Shown here one piece after another: positions 9,681 to 17,406 of a DNA stretch of 32,000 nucleotides. How positions within the stretch are numbered: the stretch's first letter is position 1; every line of letters starts with the position of its first letter. A program made the position numbers and the translations under genes. The notes under the pieces were generated by a model, which saw nothing but the letters and a program-made list of their open reading frames with translations, searched no databases and was not told the origin of the DNA. The DNA is from Acaryochloris marina MBIC11017. Its GTDB lineage: Bacteria; Cyanobacteriota; Cyanobacteriia; Thermosynechococcales; Thermosynechococcaceae. Location: assembly GCF_000018105.1 (NCBI RefSeq), contig NC_009930.1, positions 1 to 32,000 on the forward strand, written 5' to 3'.

Positions 9681-10739
9681 GGCTTTGTTGCATGAATCGC
9701 GTAAAGGCTAGATGAATTGCCTCTCCTCGTTATTCTTAAGCTTCAACCCAAACAGTCTCGGGTTTGGCGATCTGAATCATTCGATTGAGTGCCGCACACT
9801 GCAGGAGTAACTCTGTGGCTTGATTATCAAAGTTACGGGAACGTACCTGACCCCCAAAGATAGTTTTGAAGCGAAACATCGTCGTTTCAGCTAGAGACCG
9901 CCGATGATAGTGGGCTTGTTTTTTCCACCTCTTTCGTCCCTGTTTTCGGATGGCTCTGAGATTTTGATCTCGTGGATGGGGTGGAGCATTGCAGTTTCCA
10001 TGTTGCCAAATTTTGGCATTCTTCCTTGGGGGAATTGCAGCTGTGGCATTGCGCTCCATGAGGGCATCATAGCAATGACTTTGGTCATAGGCTCCGTCAG
10101 CAGAGACCTGTTCAATCTCATCGTCGATGCCTTCAAGGAGATCTTCAAACACTTCACCATCCTGAACGTCATTGGTTGTCACGACACCCGTGAGAATTTC
10201 TCCAGTGGACTCATCAACACTCAAGTGAAGTTTACGCCACGTCCGACGTTTGCTCACACCATGTTGCCTGGTTTTCCACTCTCCTTCACCATAGACTTTG
10301 ACCCCTGTGCTATCGATAACGACGTGAATGGCACCTTGCTTAGGTATAACGGGCAATGAAATCGATAGCTGACCTTTCCGCCGAGAGACGGTGCTGTGGT
10401 CACAAACGGGAAGCTCAATTCCCATCAACTCAAACAATGAATTTAGAAATCCTTCGGTTTGACGCCCTGCTAAACCATAGATACATTTGACGGTCTCGAA
10501 GGTGGAGATTGCTGTATCGCTATAGGTCAGAGAGGCTCCCCGCTTTTGTCTCGGTGTGGTTTCTAGCCAATGAACGATAGCTGATTGTTCGAGCCAGAAG
10601 GTCACACTTCCCCGCTGTTTGAGACCAGCGTTATACTCGGACCAGTTGCGGATTTGGTAACTCATGGGCTAGCGGTTTTTGGTGGTACATAAACTCTAGC
10701 CCGCGCCTAATCCGCAGCACCTATTCATGCAACAACGCC
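9681..10739 (-). mobile_element. IS5-family, IS903-group insertion sequence (1059 bp)
   Basis: Terminal IRs GGCTTTGTTGCATGAAT (9681-9697) and the reverse complement of ATTCATGCAACAACGCC (10723-10739), with 1 mismatch. 9-bp direct duplication of the target. One 309-aa transposase. Size, 9-bp duplication and the GGCTTTGTTG end match my recollection of IS903. Confidence 0.9.
9736..10665 (-). CDS. IS903-group (IS5 family) DDE transposase
   Basis: 309 aa. N-terminal NWSEYNAGLKQRGSVTFWL signature. Lies between the IRs. Confidence 0.9.
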   Translation of the reverse strand: MSYQIRNWSEYNAGLKQRGSVTFWLEQSAIVHWLETTPRQKRGASLTYSDTAISTFETVKCIYGLAGRQTEGFLNSLFELMGIELPVCDHSTVSRRKGQLSISLPVIPKQGAIHVVIDSTGVKVYGEGEWKTRQHGVSKRRTWRKLHLSVDESTGEILTGVVTTNDVQDGEVFEDLLEGIDDEIEQVSADGAYDQSHCYDALMERNATAAIPPRKNAKIWQHGNCNAPPHPRDQNLRAIRKQGRKRWKKQAHYHRRSLAETTMFRFKTIFGGQVRSRNFDNQATELLLQCAALNRMIQIAKPETVWVEA

Positions 10740-10748
10740 AGGAGTAAC
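10740..10748. repeat. target-site duplication AGGAGTAAC (right copy)
   Basis: Identical to 9672-9680. Confidence 0.9.
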
Positions 10749-10901
10749 TACAAAGCTAAATTGGAGAGCTTTAAATTCGATGATACTAAGATCGAACTTT
10801 TACGCACCTTGATCAAGACAGCTGAGTCTTCTGGAGAATTTAGAAAGCTAATCTACGGAAACTTAACGGCACAAGCTGGTCCCGCGACAGCAAGTGTAGA
10901 A

Positions 10902-11177
10902 TTAACTGTTGAAGATCCCAATGCTGGCGTCTAATGCCCATCTGACAATGACTTGAGGAGATAGTGGTAGTGTACCTGGAGCGGGAGCGTGTAGCTCGGA
11001 TCTGGGGGTGAGGGATGTCGTGTAATCTGCTTGTATGTAATTCATAACAAAGCTTGGGTCTTGGCCTCTTTTGGTGAACCGAAATGGGAAGTAGGGGAAA
11101 TAGCGTCTTACATCAGCTACAAATTTGGAGTGAGGCTGACGGCGTAACGGAAAATTTGTCGGTTGCATGTAAGGCAT
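10902..11177 (-). CDS. hypothetical protein (weak)
   Basis: 91-aa ORF, last in the minus-strand string after the par genes. Overlaps the 3' end of the reconstructed plus-strand gene by 33 nt. No family recognised. Confidence 0.3.
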   Translation of the reverse strand: MPYMQPTNFPLRRQPHSKFVADVRRYFPYFPFRFTKRGQDPSFVMNYIQADYTTSLTPRSELHAPAPGTLPLSPQVIVRWALDASIGIFNS

Positions 11178-11190
11178 TATGTCTCATTGC

Positions 11191-11613
11191 TCATTGGCGG
11201 GTTAGCTCAAGAAAATAGTTCAAACAAGAAGTATGACCATTGCATAGAGAATGATTTGCGTAGCGCATAGTGAAAACAAGAAGCTGCAGGTGACGGTATG
11301 CTTGATAATCGACTCTGGGAAAGTAATTTAGATGATTGAGTTGCTTGTATGCAGCAGTAGATTCTATTCCCGCATCGCGCATCCATTTTATGTAGATTAT
11401 TGGAAGTAAAAGCATAGCTACCGTTGTTGCAGGAGGGATAATAGGAGCAGATTTGATAAATTTCTGCAAAGTCTCCGAAGACGCGAGCCAACCGATTACA
11501 ATCACTAGCAATGCGCTATTTTTTAGCTGCATTTCTAGCATTGTCGAATAGATACCTGAGACAACAGAAAGGAGTTGTTCGGCGCGCTCCTTTTTCGTAG
11601 CTGATTCAGTCAT
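11191..11613 (-). CDS. hypothetical membrane protein
   Basis: ORF track 11191..11667. The ATG at 11613 (MTESATKKERAEQ..) is the more plausible start. Two hydrophobic segments (NSALLVIVIGWLASS, VAMLLLPIIYIKW). Confidence 0.5.
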   Translation of the reverse strand: MTESATKKERAEQLLSVVSGIYSTMLEMQLKNSALLVIVIGWLASSETLQKFIKSAPIIPPATTVAMLLLPIIYIKWMRDAGIESTAAYKQLNHLNYFPRVDYQAYRHLQLLVFTMRYANHSLCNGHTSCLNYFLELTRQ

Positions 11614-11659
11614 ATTTGTGTCGTCAACTGGGGCATAACGTCTAAGCAAGTATTGTTGA

Positions 11660-11730
11660 CAATACAATTATACAGTTAGCAGTATTTCAGTATATCCACA
11701 TAAGCTGTTATACAGATAACTGTATATAAG
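11660..11730. repeat. TACAG/CTGTA iterons including palindrome TATACAG-ATAA-CTGTATA (11710-11727)
   Basis: Read directly. Same motif family as upstream of parA. Confidence 0.7.
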
Positions 11731-11752
11731 GGTTTAGGCTCTGATAATCTAA

Positions 11753-12043
11753 TCAAGCTTTGCGACGATCAATAATATCGTCCTCTTCAACATCAACACC
11801 CCACATCTTCAGAGCTTCAAGTAAGATTTGGCGTTGAGTCTTTCCAGTTGTAGCGGCTTGGATCTTTAAATCTCTGTGGACATAATCAGGAATTTTGACA
11901 GTCAATGGACTGTCCTCAGACTCAATTGGCTTGATTGTACCTTTCGCTTTTTTAGTTGCTTCTGACTGAGCACTAGGAAGTTCTTCTGCAAGCTGTCCTA
12001 ATGCTGCGACATCAACTGCAGGTATGTTTCGCTTATTTGCCAT
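11753..12043 (-). CDS. ribbon-helix-helix (ParG/CopG-like) partition or regulatory protein
   Basis: 96 aa, immediately downstream of parA. The C-terminal LTVKIPDYVHRDLKIQAATTGKTQRQILLEALKMWG fits a beta-alpha-alpha RHH pattern after a disordered N-terminal tail. Confidence 0.65.
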   Translation of the reverse strand: MANKRNIPAVDVAALGQLAEELPSAQSEATKKAKGTIKPIESEDSPLTVKIPDYVHRDLKIQAATTGKTQRQILLEALKMWGVDVEEDDIIDRRKA

Positions 12044-12081
12044 TGTCCATCCTCACTCGCAAGTTGTACTGAGATGATATT

Positions 12082-12127
12082 AACCATATATACAGCTAAC
12101 TGTATAACCATATATACAGCTATATAG
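12082..12127. repeat. direct repeat AACCATATATACAGCTA x2 with palindrome TATACAG-CTAA-CTGTATA (12089-12106)
   Basis: Copies at 12082-12098 and 12106-12122, in the parA/RHH intergenic region. Confidence 0.75.
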
Positions 12128-12761
12128 TAGTATTACTTTCAATTTCATTTGCTAAATCAGCAATTTCCTTCGCAGCCTTTCCATTTGGTTCCATGATGAT
12201 GGGGGTTGAACCATGAAAGCGGGCTGTTTGAAATGGCGTTCGTAGCATAACTTCAGTCTTTAACACGGGTACAGAAAAGGCTTCAAACTGATTGCGAGTA
12301 TGGGTGATTACGCGAGTGTTCTCCCTCCCTTGAGTTATCACCGCAAAGTAAGGAATTGACCTCTTTGTCAAACGTGAAGCATTTTCTACTAGCCTTTTGG
12401 TCTTAACCGCTTCCAACACGTCATCCTCTGATGGTCTGGAAGGGATCAGAACCATAGACGATACCCCGATTGCGTACACCATCGATTGGTTTCCAAACCC
12501 TGCTATGTCAACTAGGACAATTTGATTATCTCCAGCTAGACCATCGATGGCATCGATAATTCCGTTTTCATCGGGTTCAGCCACTAAAGGAATATCCTCA
12601 ATTTCTCCTTTGGAAAACCAACGAGCCAAATTGCTGTTGGGATCAGCATCTACCACTCCTACTTTGAATGACTTTTTGTGCCAGTGTGTGGCGAGGCTGG
12701 CCGCTAATGTCGTTTTCCCTGTTCCACCTTTGGATGTAGCAAAGGTGATGATTAATGCCAT
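12120..12761 (-). CDS. parA: ParA-family partition ATPase (small, no N-terminal HTH)
   Basis: 213 aa. Deviant Walker A in MALIITFATSKGGTGKTT. VVDADPN and VLVDIAG motifs. Confidence 0.92.
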   Translation of the reverse strand: MALIITFATSKGGTGKTTLAASLATHWHKKSFKVGVVDADPNSNLARWFSKGEIEDIPLVAEPDENGIIDAIDGLAGDNQIVLVDIAGFGNQSMVYAIGVSSMVLIPSRPSEDDVLEAVKTKRLVENASRLTKRSIPYFAVITQGRENTRVITHTRNQFEAFSVPVLKTEVMLRTPFQTARFHGSTPIIMEPNGKAAKEIADLANEIESNTTI

Positions 12762-12780
12762 ATTGATATCCTGCTATCAG

Positions 12781-13165
12781 TAAATACAGCTATACAGTTT
12801 TAAATCTTTCAAGCTAACCGCAAATCAATATAGCAACATTCTTGCTTGCAGTAACCTTTTTCTTAAAGTTAGCAATCAAACTATACAGATATCTGTACCT
12901 ATATCTATCTGTAAATACTGTTAACTGTATAACAGCAAAGCTTTATCATACTTAGCCCAAGCCTATAGTCGTAATGCACTAGCTACTATGAAAAGCTGTA
13001 GATACAGCTATATTGTTTTATGGATATCTGTTAATTCATAAATCATTAAATACTGTTAACTGTATAAAAATAAATCCTCATTACACTTAGTCCAACCTAA
13101 AAATTTGTACTTGTATCATTACTTTAGTAGCTGCATATACAGTTATACTGTTTTAATGCTCTACA
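12781..13165. promoter_or_regulatory. centromere/operator-like iteron field upstream of parA
   Basis: At least 10 copies of TACAG/CTGTA half-sites. Examples: ATACAGCTATACAG at 12784, TATACAG-ATAT-CTGTA at 12882-12897, CTGTAGATACAG at about 12996, TATACAGTTATACTG at about 13135. A 21-bp exact repeat TAAATACTGTTAACTGTATAA occurs at 12912-12932 and 13048-13068. Confidence 0.6.
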
Positions 13166-13435
13166 GCTTTTTGATATAAGAAGTTACTAAGAAACTCATG
13201 ATGTATGTCGAACATCCCAAAAAGAGTAAATTTGATAAAACATCAGCAGAACTTATCATTTACAGATTTTCAACGAGTTTCCAGTACTTCCAGCCCTGAA
13301 CCAATCATAAGTTCAACTTAATCGAAGGGTCTTTAATGACCTCTACCTCCAAAACCCCCTAAAATCGTTCTACAACTGACTACAAAATAATTGTTTTGTT
13401 ATCAGTTTGGTGTGAGTGGAATCCTCAAGGTGAAA

Positions 13436-14008
13436 ATGGTCATTTGCCGCCAACGAAACGAACACTATCGCAGTCGGGAGTATCTGACCCTGGCGGAAGT
13501 GAATCGGCTGATCATGGCCGCCGAGTTGAGGGGTCGTCACCCGATCCGAGATAAGGCGTTGTTACTGCTGATGTTTCGTCATGGGTTGCGAGTCAGTGAA
13601 GCAATATCCCTGAGATGGGATGCGGTGATGCTGGAGTTGAAGGCCATTGGGATTACTCGACTCAAGGGGTCCGTCAGTGGGACGCATCCATTGCAGGCTG
13701 ACGAGGTGGAGTCATTGAGGGACTTACGCGCTGAAGGTTACCCAGATCCGTATCTGTTTGTCGGGGAGCGGGGTGGACATCTCAAGCGCCATGCGGTGAC
13801 GAGTCTCATCAATCGCTGTGCGGAGTTGGCGCAATTAGGGATTAAGTGCCATCCCCATATGCTGCGCCATAGCTGTGGGTATCACCTGGCGAATCAGGGG
13901 TTGGATACGAGGTTGATCCAAGACTGGCTGGGACATCGGAATATCCAGCATACGGTAACGTATACGATGCTGAATCCGAAGCGGTTTGGGGAGATTCAGT
14001 GGGGGTGA
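13436..14008 (+). CDS. small tyrosine site-specific recombinase (FimB/FimE- or Xer-like)
   Basis: ORF track 13391..14008, with an ATG at 13436. Catalytic signature: RHGLRVSE (Arg), HMLRHSCG (His-x-x-Arg), WLGHRNIQ (His), TVTYT (Tyr). Confidence 0.88.
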   Translation: MVICRQRNEHYRSREYLTLAEVNRLIMAAELRGRHPIRDKALLLLMFRHGLRVSEAISLRWDAVMLELKAIGITRLKGSVSGTHPLQADEVESLRDLRAEGYPDPYLFVGERGGHLKRHAVTSLINRCAELAQLGIKCHPHMLRHSCGYHLANQGLDTRLIQDWLGHRNIQHTVTYTMLNPKRFGEIQWG

Positions 14009-14166
14009 GTGATTAGTATGGGAAGTGGGGGACAGTGTAGCTGTTTAGCAGATAATGGTAGATGAAGTTCAGCTTATATTCCGTCATGCAGATCTGGAAA
14101 CGGCGATGTGAATTGACGATAATCGCAGAAATCTCCAGAGTAAGGGTCATGGTGTTACTGTCGGGG

Positions 14167-14488
14167 TAATTGGCTTTTTCTTATCAATGGACCGAAAATG
14201 GTCGCTAAAGTGTTCAGAATACTAAACGGTGATTAAGTTTTGGCTGTCCCCCAACTGACCATATCTGGGACACAAGAATTCTACATCTATTGATCTATAT
14301 AGCTTTCAGAAACTTTCCTAAAACTGTCCAAGCATAGAAAGTGGGACAGTGCTGTTTTCATGAATTTTCAAAGTTTTGAATCTATTGGGTATTCTATAAG
14401 TATTTATACTTATATCTATGATCTATATGGGGAAAGGATTTCAGCCTTATCAACCAAAACGGGTCCATTGATATGAAATGGCCTAATT
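14167..14488. repeat. imperfect inverted repeat pair flanking about 265 bp
   Basis: TAATTGGCTTTTTCTTATCAATGGACCG (14167-14194) versus the reverse complement of CGGGTCCATTGATATGAAATGGCCTAATT (14460-14488). The core TATCAATGGACC is perfect. Confidence 0.7.
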
Positions 14489-14547
14489 GGGTGAAGGTGA
14501 TTTGGTTTGATCGCAAGATCTATTTTCTTTTGTTTGAGGAGTTATAG

Positions 14548-14720
14548 ATGCAATGTGACAAAAAGGAACATTATGTGATTATTAGTAATTAATAAAATCA
14601 GGTAATATAAACAGTTTATTGCTTTTTTCAGGATAATTTGGGAATGCAATGTGATAAAAAGGAACATTATATGATTATTAGTAATAAATAAAATTAGGGA
14701 AATTAACTGTTTTATACTTG
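14548..14720 (+). repeat. tandem direct repeat (about 96-bp period), each copy starting with a 14-15 codon micro-ORF
   Basis: ATGCAATGTGACAAAAAGGAACATTATGTGATTATTAGTAATTAA at 14548 and ATGCAATGTGATAAAAAGGAACATTATATGATTATTAGTAATAAATAA at 14644. Confidence 0.75.
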
Positions 14721-14839
14721 CCAGGAATTGTTTAGATTAAGGATGAAATCTAATTAATGTTAAGAAATAGTATTTATTTATTGTGCGTTAAATATGGTTA
14801 ATGTATCCTTTAAGAATACAGGTGATGTTTTATTGATGC

Positions 14840-14976
14840 GGCACTGGTCTCTTAGCAGGATCTATACGTTCACAACCCTTTTGGACTATGGACTTCAAAG
14901 TAAATATAAATAGAGAACTCAAATGCTTATTAGATAGGCGTTATAGAAATCTAGATCCTCTTAAGACACCAGTGCC
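14840..14976. repeat. 25-bp inverted repeat (22/25) with 87-bp spacer
   Basis: GGCACTGGTCTCTTAGCAGGATCTA (14840-14864) versus the reverse complement of TAGATCCTCTTAAGACACCAGTGCC (14952-14976). Confidence 0.75.
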
Positions 14977-15190
14977 ATTGATGCTGATTAAAGTTTCATC
15001 GTACTTAGAATAGAAAGGAATTGATATATAAATCTATCTATATCTATCCTTATTACTACAATCCCAATAACTCTAAATCTAGTTAATTTTGTTTTCAACT
15101 AGTATTTTTGATTCTCAAAATAAATTGAATCAGGTATTTTTGGTGATGTGAATGAAGTTGAGAAAGAATAAATTCAATTATCTCATTCAT

Positions 15191-15223
15191 CTTAAGCATA
15201 GATTACCCTAATCTATGCTTAAG
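15191..15223. repeat. perfect 15-bp stem / 3-nt loop palindrome
   Basis: CTTAAGCATAGATTA-CCC-TAATCTATGCTTAAG. No adjacent T-run. Confidence 0.85.
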
Positions 15224-15557
15224 TTCCTTATCATCTCTCTCCTCAATTAAGAACTGCTCACACTTGATAAAGGTGCCATTGAATAGCTTTATTTAGTCAA
15301 AAAGCTATTCAAAGCTCGAATGCTAGATTTATTAAAGACTGCTTGAATATTAATACAAAACTTGTGTTTTTATCTAAGATTATTTGTTGAGTAATAAATA
15401 TTTCAGATAAAAATATGTTTATTAAGGTGTAAGTCTTATAATCTGAAAAAAGCTTATAAAAGATAGCTATCTTGTGTTTTAAATATTCTATGAGATTTTC
15501 ATGGTAGATGTTCTCAATTCATTGATTTAGAGGAACTAGTTTTTTTAGTTGTTGAAA

Positions 15558-16618
15558 ATGAAGTATAGGTCTCTTATGTACTTACGAAAGTTTAATCATT
15601 TTATCTATGTTATGCTCGCAGTATCTTTACTAGCGAGTTGTAAAGGCCTAAAACAAGCTGAAGAATTTGGAAAGCTCCATGAAAAACTTGAAACTAATTT
15701 CGCATCTTTAAGCAATGATATATATTTATCCTGCTTAAGAAAAGCGAGCTACCCTGATGAAGGATATTTTCCAGCAATAATAAGTTTTAGATCTGATGAA
15801 GATAAAAAGTGCAAGGAAAAATTTCTCCCTGTATACAAAAAAAGTAAATGATGCAAATTTGACATTAATTAATTACGTAAAAGGCATAGGAACGCTAGCT
15901 ACAAATAAGCCAGGTTTGTTTCGACCTAATATTGATAAGCTTAAGACATCATTGGGAACTCTAAATACGAGTTTACCTACTATAGGTGTCTCCTCTCTTG
16001 ATTCAAGTACTATTGATTCGGGCTTTAATCTTGTCAATCTGTTAGCAGATATATTTACGTTTAACTTTCGTAAGAAAAATAGTAAAGACTACGGTTATTT
16101 GCTCTAACAAAGATATTCAGGCTTTTGTACCAGCATTGAAAAAAATTGTTAATGTTGGTTATATACCGCTGCTTGAATCTGAGAAAAGAATAGTTAATTT
16201 ATACTTTGAGAATCATACACCAGATTCAGGTGTAACTAATACCTTATCTGATTTTATAGCTTCTCATCAACTCACTGAAAGCTATAATACTGCTCTCAAT
16301 AAAACCATAATGCGTAAGATTGCAGCTGAGTCATATATTAAAATCCTAGATGAAACAGCTGATTCTCACCAAAAGTTAACGAATATTTTTCTTAAGAAAA
16401 AATCAATTAATGATCCTAAAATTGAAAAAAAATGCAAGAAGTTTTTTGAAGAAGGAAAAGAATTAAGAAAGGATAAAGAAAAAAAGACTAAACAGGTTAG
16501 TGATGAACTAGAAATTGAGTCTTTATCTAAGGAAGAAGTCGAACAAGTACAACAAGTACTCTCTCAGTACTATAGAAAAATAAAGCCACTTGCTAAGAAT
16601 ATCAATAATGCCTTCTAA
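15558..16618 (+). pseudogene. putative lipoprotein gene whose frame is broken twice at A-runs (tracked as 15549..15851, 15796..16107, 16136..16618)
   Basis: N-terminus MKYRSLMYLRKFNHFIYVMLAVSLLASC has a lipobox L-A-S-C (15628-15642). The three ORFs occupy successive frames. Skipping one A in A7 (15837-15843) and one in A5 (16075-16079) gives one continuous ORF of about 350 codons. The third ORF has no ATG or RBS of its own. Confidence 0.55.
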
Positions 16619-16705
16619 CTTGACTGTATCAATTCTGATTATCTTCTCTTACTTAAGAAAGCTGGCTGTAATTACTGAGAAATTTAGATTGAAGGACTTA
16701 ATGGC

Positions 16706-17104
16706 ATGACAAACTTGAATACCGAAGACTTAATCAAATGCCGAGATCATTTGAACGAAATTATCGAGAACTATATGGTAAAAAGGAGAAATATTTTCCC
16801 TGGCTCAATAACGAGGGATCAATTTCTTCTATTCGGCTCAAAAATAAGAATATTGATTGGAATTTCAGATGAAATGACCCTTATGATTGTAGAAGGGCTA
16901 CTTGTAAGTGCAAACGAAAATCAGCAGCGAATTGATGATGCTGTTCTAGTTATCAATAACCGAATTGAAAGATTGAATCAAATTAATCAAGCTATTGAAG
17001 ACTTTGCGAATGTAATTAATTTATTTTCGGGGATTCTTGGAGGTATAGTAAGTGGATCTATACCTGATTTACAGAAACTCCTTGAACCATTTTTTGATGG
17101 ATAA
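16706..17104 (+). CDS. hypothetical helical protein
   Basis: 132-aa ORF with GAAGGA upstream. A long ORF in stop-rich, very AT-rich DNA. No family recognised. Confidence 0.6.
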   Translation: MTNLNTEDLIKCRDHLNEIIENYMVKRRNIFPGSITRDQFLLFGSKIRILIGISDEMTLMIVEGLLVSANENQQRIDDAVLVINNRIERLNQINQAIEDFANVINLFSGILGGIVSGSIPDLQKLLEPFFDG

Positions 17105-17406
17105 GTAACTAGAGAATATCTAACTTCTTTATATAAATGCTCTAGTGGTAATTTTTTAAACTGAAAGAGCATATGCAATTCTTAAAATATAAGTCAATTC
17201 TCTTACTAAATTAGTTGGAGAAATCCTGGAATTTCTGTTTCGAGAAGAAAGATCTAAAATTTTAGAATTCATGCCTTCAAAAAAATAGCTGAAAGAATTT
17301 TCGGTAGTAAACCAATTAAAGAAGGTGAATATCCTGAATTTTGTTTGGTTATACAGAATATTCTGCAAGTACTATATTGAGTTTTTTCCCAGCAAGGAGC
17401 TATATT

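Larger units (their letters stand above)
9300..10934 (+). pseudogene. small PD-(D/E)xK-like protein gene split by an IS903-group insertion (parts 9300-9680 and 10749-10934)
   Basis: Removing 9681-10748 (the IS plus one copy of the 9-bp duplication) joins ..ISRSN to YKAKLESFKFDDTKIELL.. in frame. This gives a 188-codon ORF ending at TAA 10932-10934. The tracked ORF 9300..9695 ends with 4 codons read from the IS end. Motif: E11/E15, D40 (9417-9419), Q57-x-K59. Confidence 0.7.

Noticed and set aside
12781-13165. Repeat-rich region considered as a possible CRISPR array.
   Set aside because: The repeats are 5-21 bp iterons with irregular spacing and mixed orientation, not 25-40 bp repeats with uniform spacers. 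No cas genes are present. The position upstream of parA fits a centromere or operator.
14164-14173. GGGGTAATTG identical to the first 10 nt of the IS1182-type IR, considered as a solo IS end.
   Set aside because: The match stops after 10 nt and there is no continuation into the rest of the 32-bp IR. It is compatible with chance in a window this size.
17156-17368. 70-aa minus-strand ORF in the gap between two plus-strand cassette genes.
   Set aside because: A 70-codon ORF in stop-rich AT-rich DNA is mildly surprising. However, it has no RBS and a low-complexity F/N/S-rich product, and it lies opposite to the whole cassette. I cannot support it from sequence alone.
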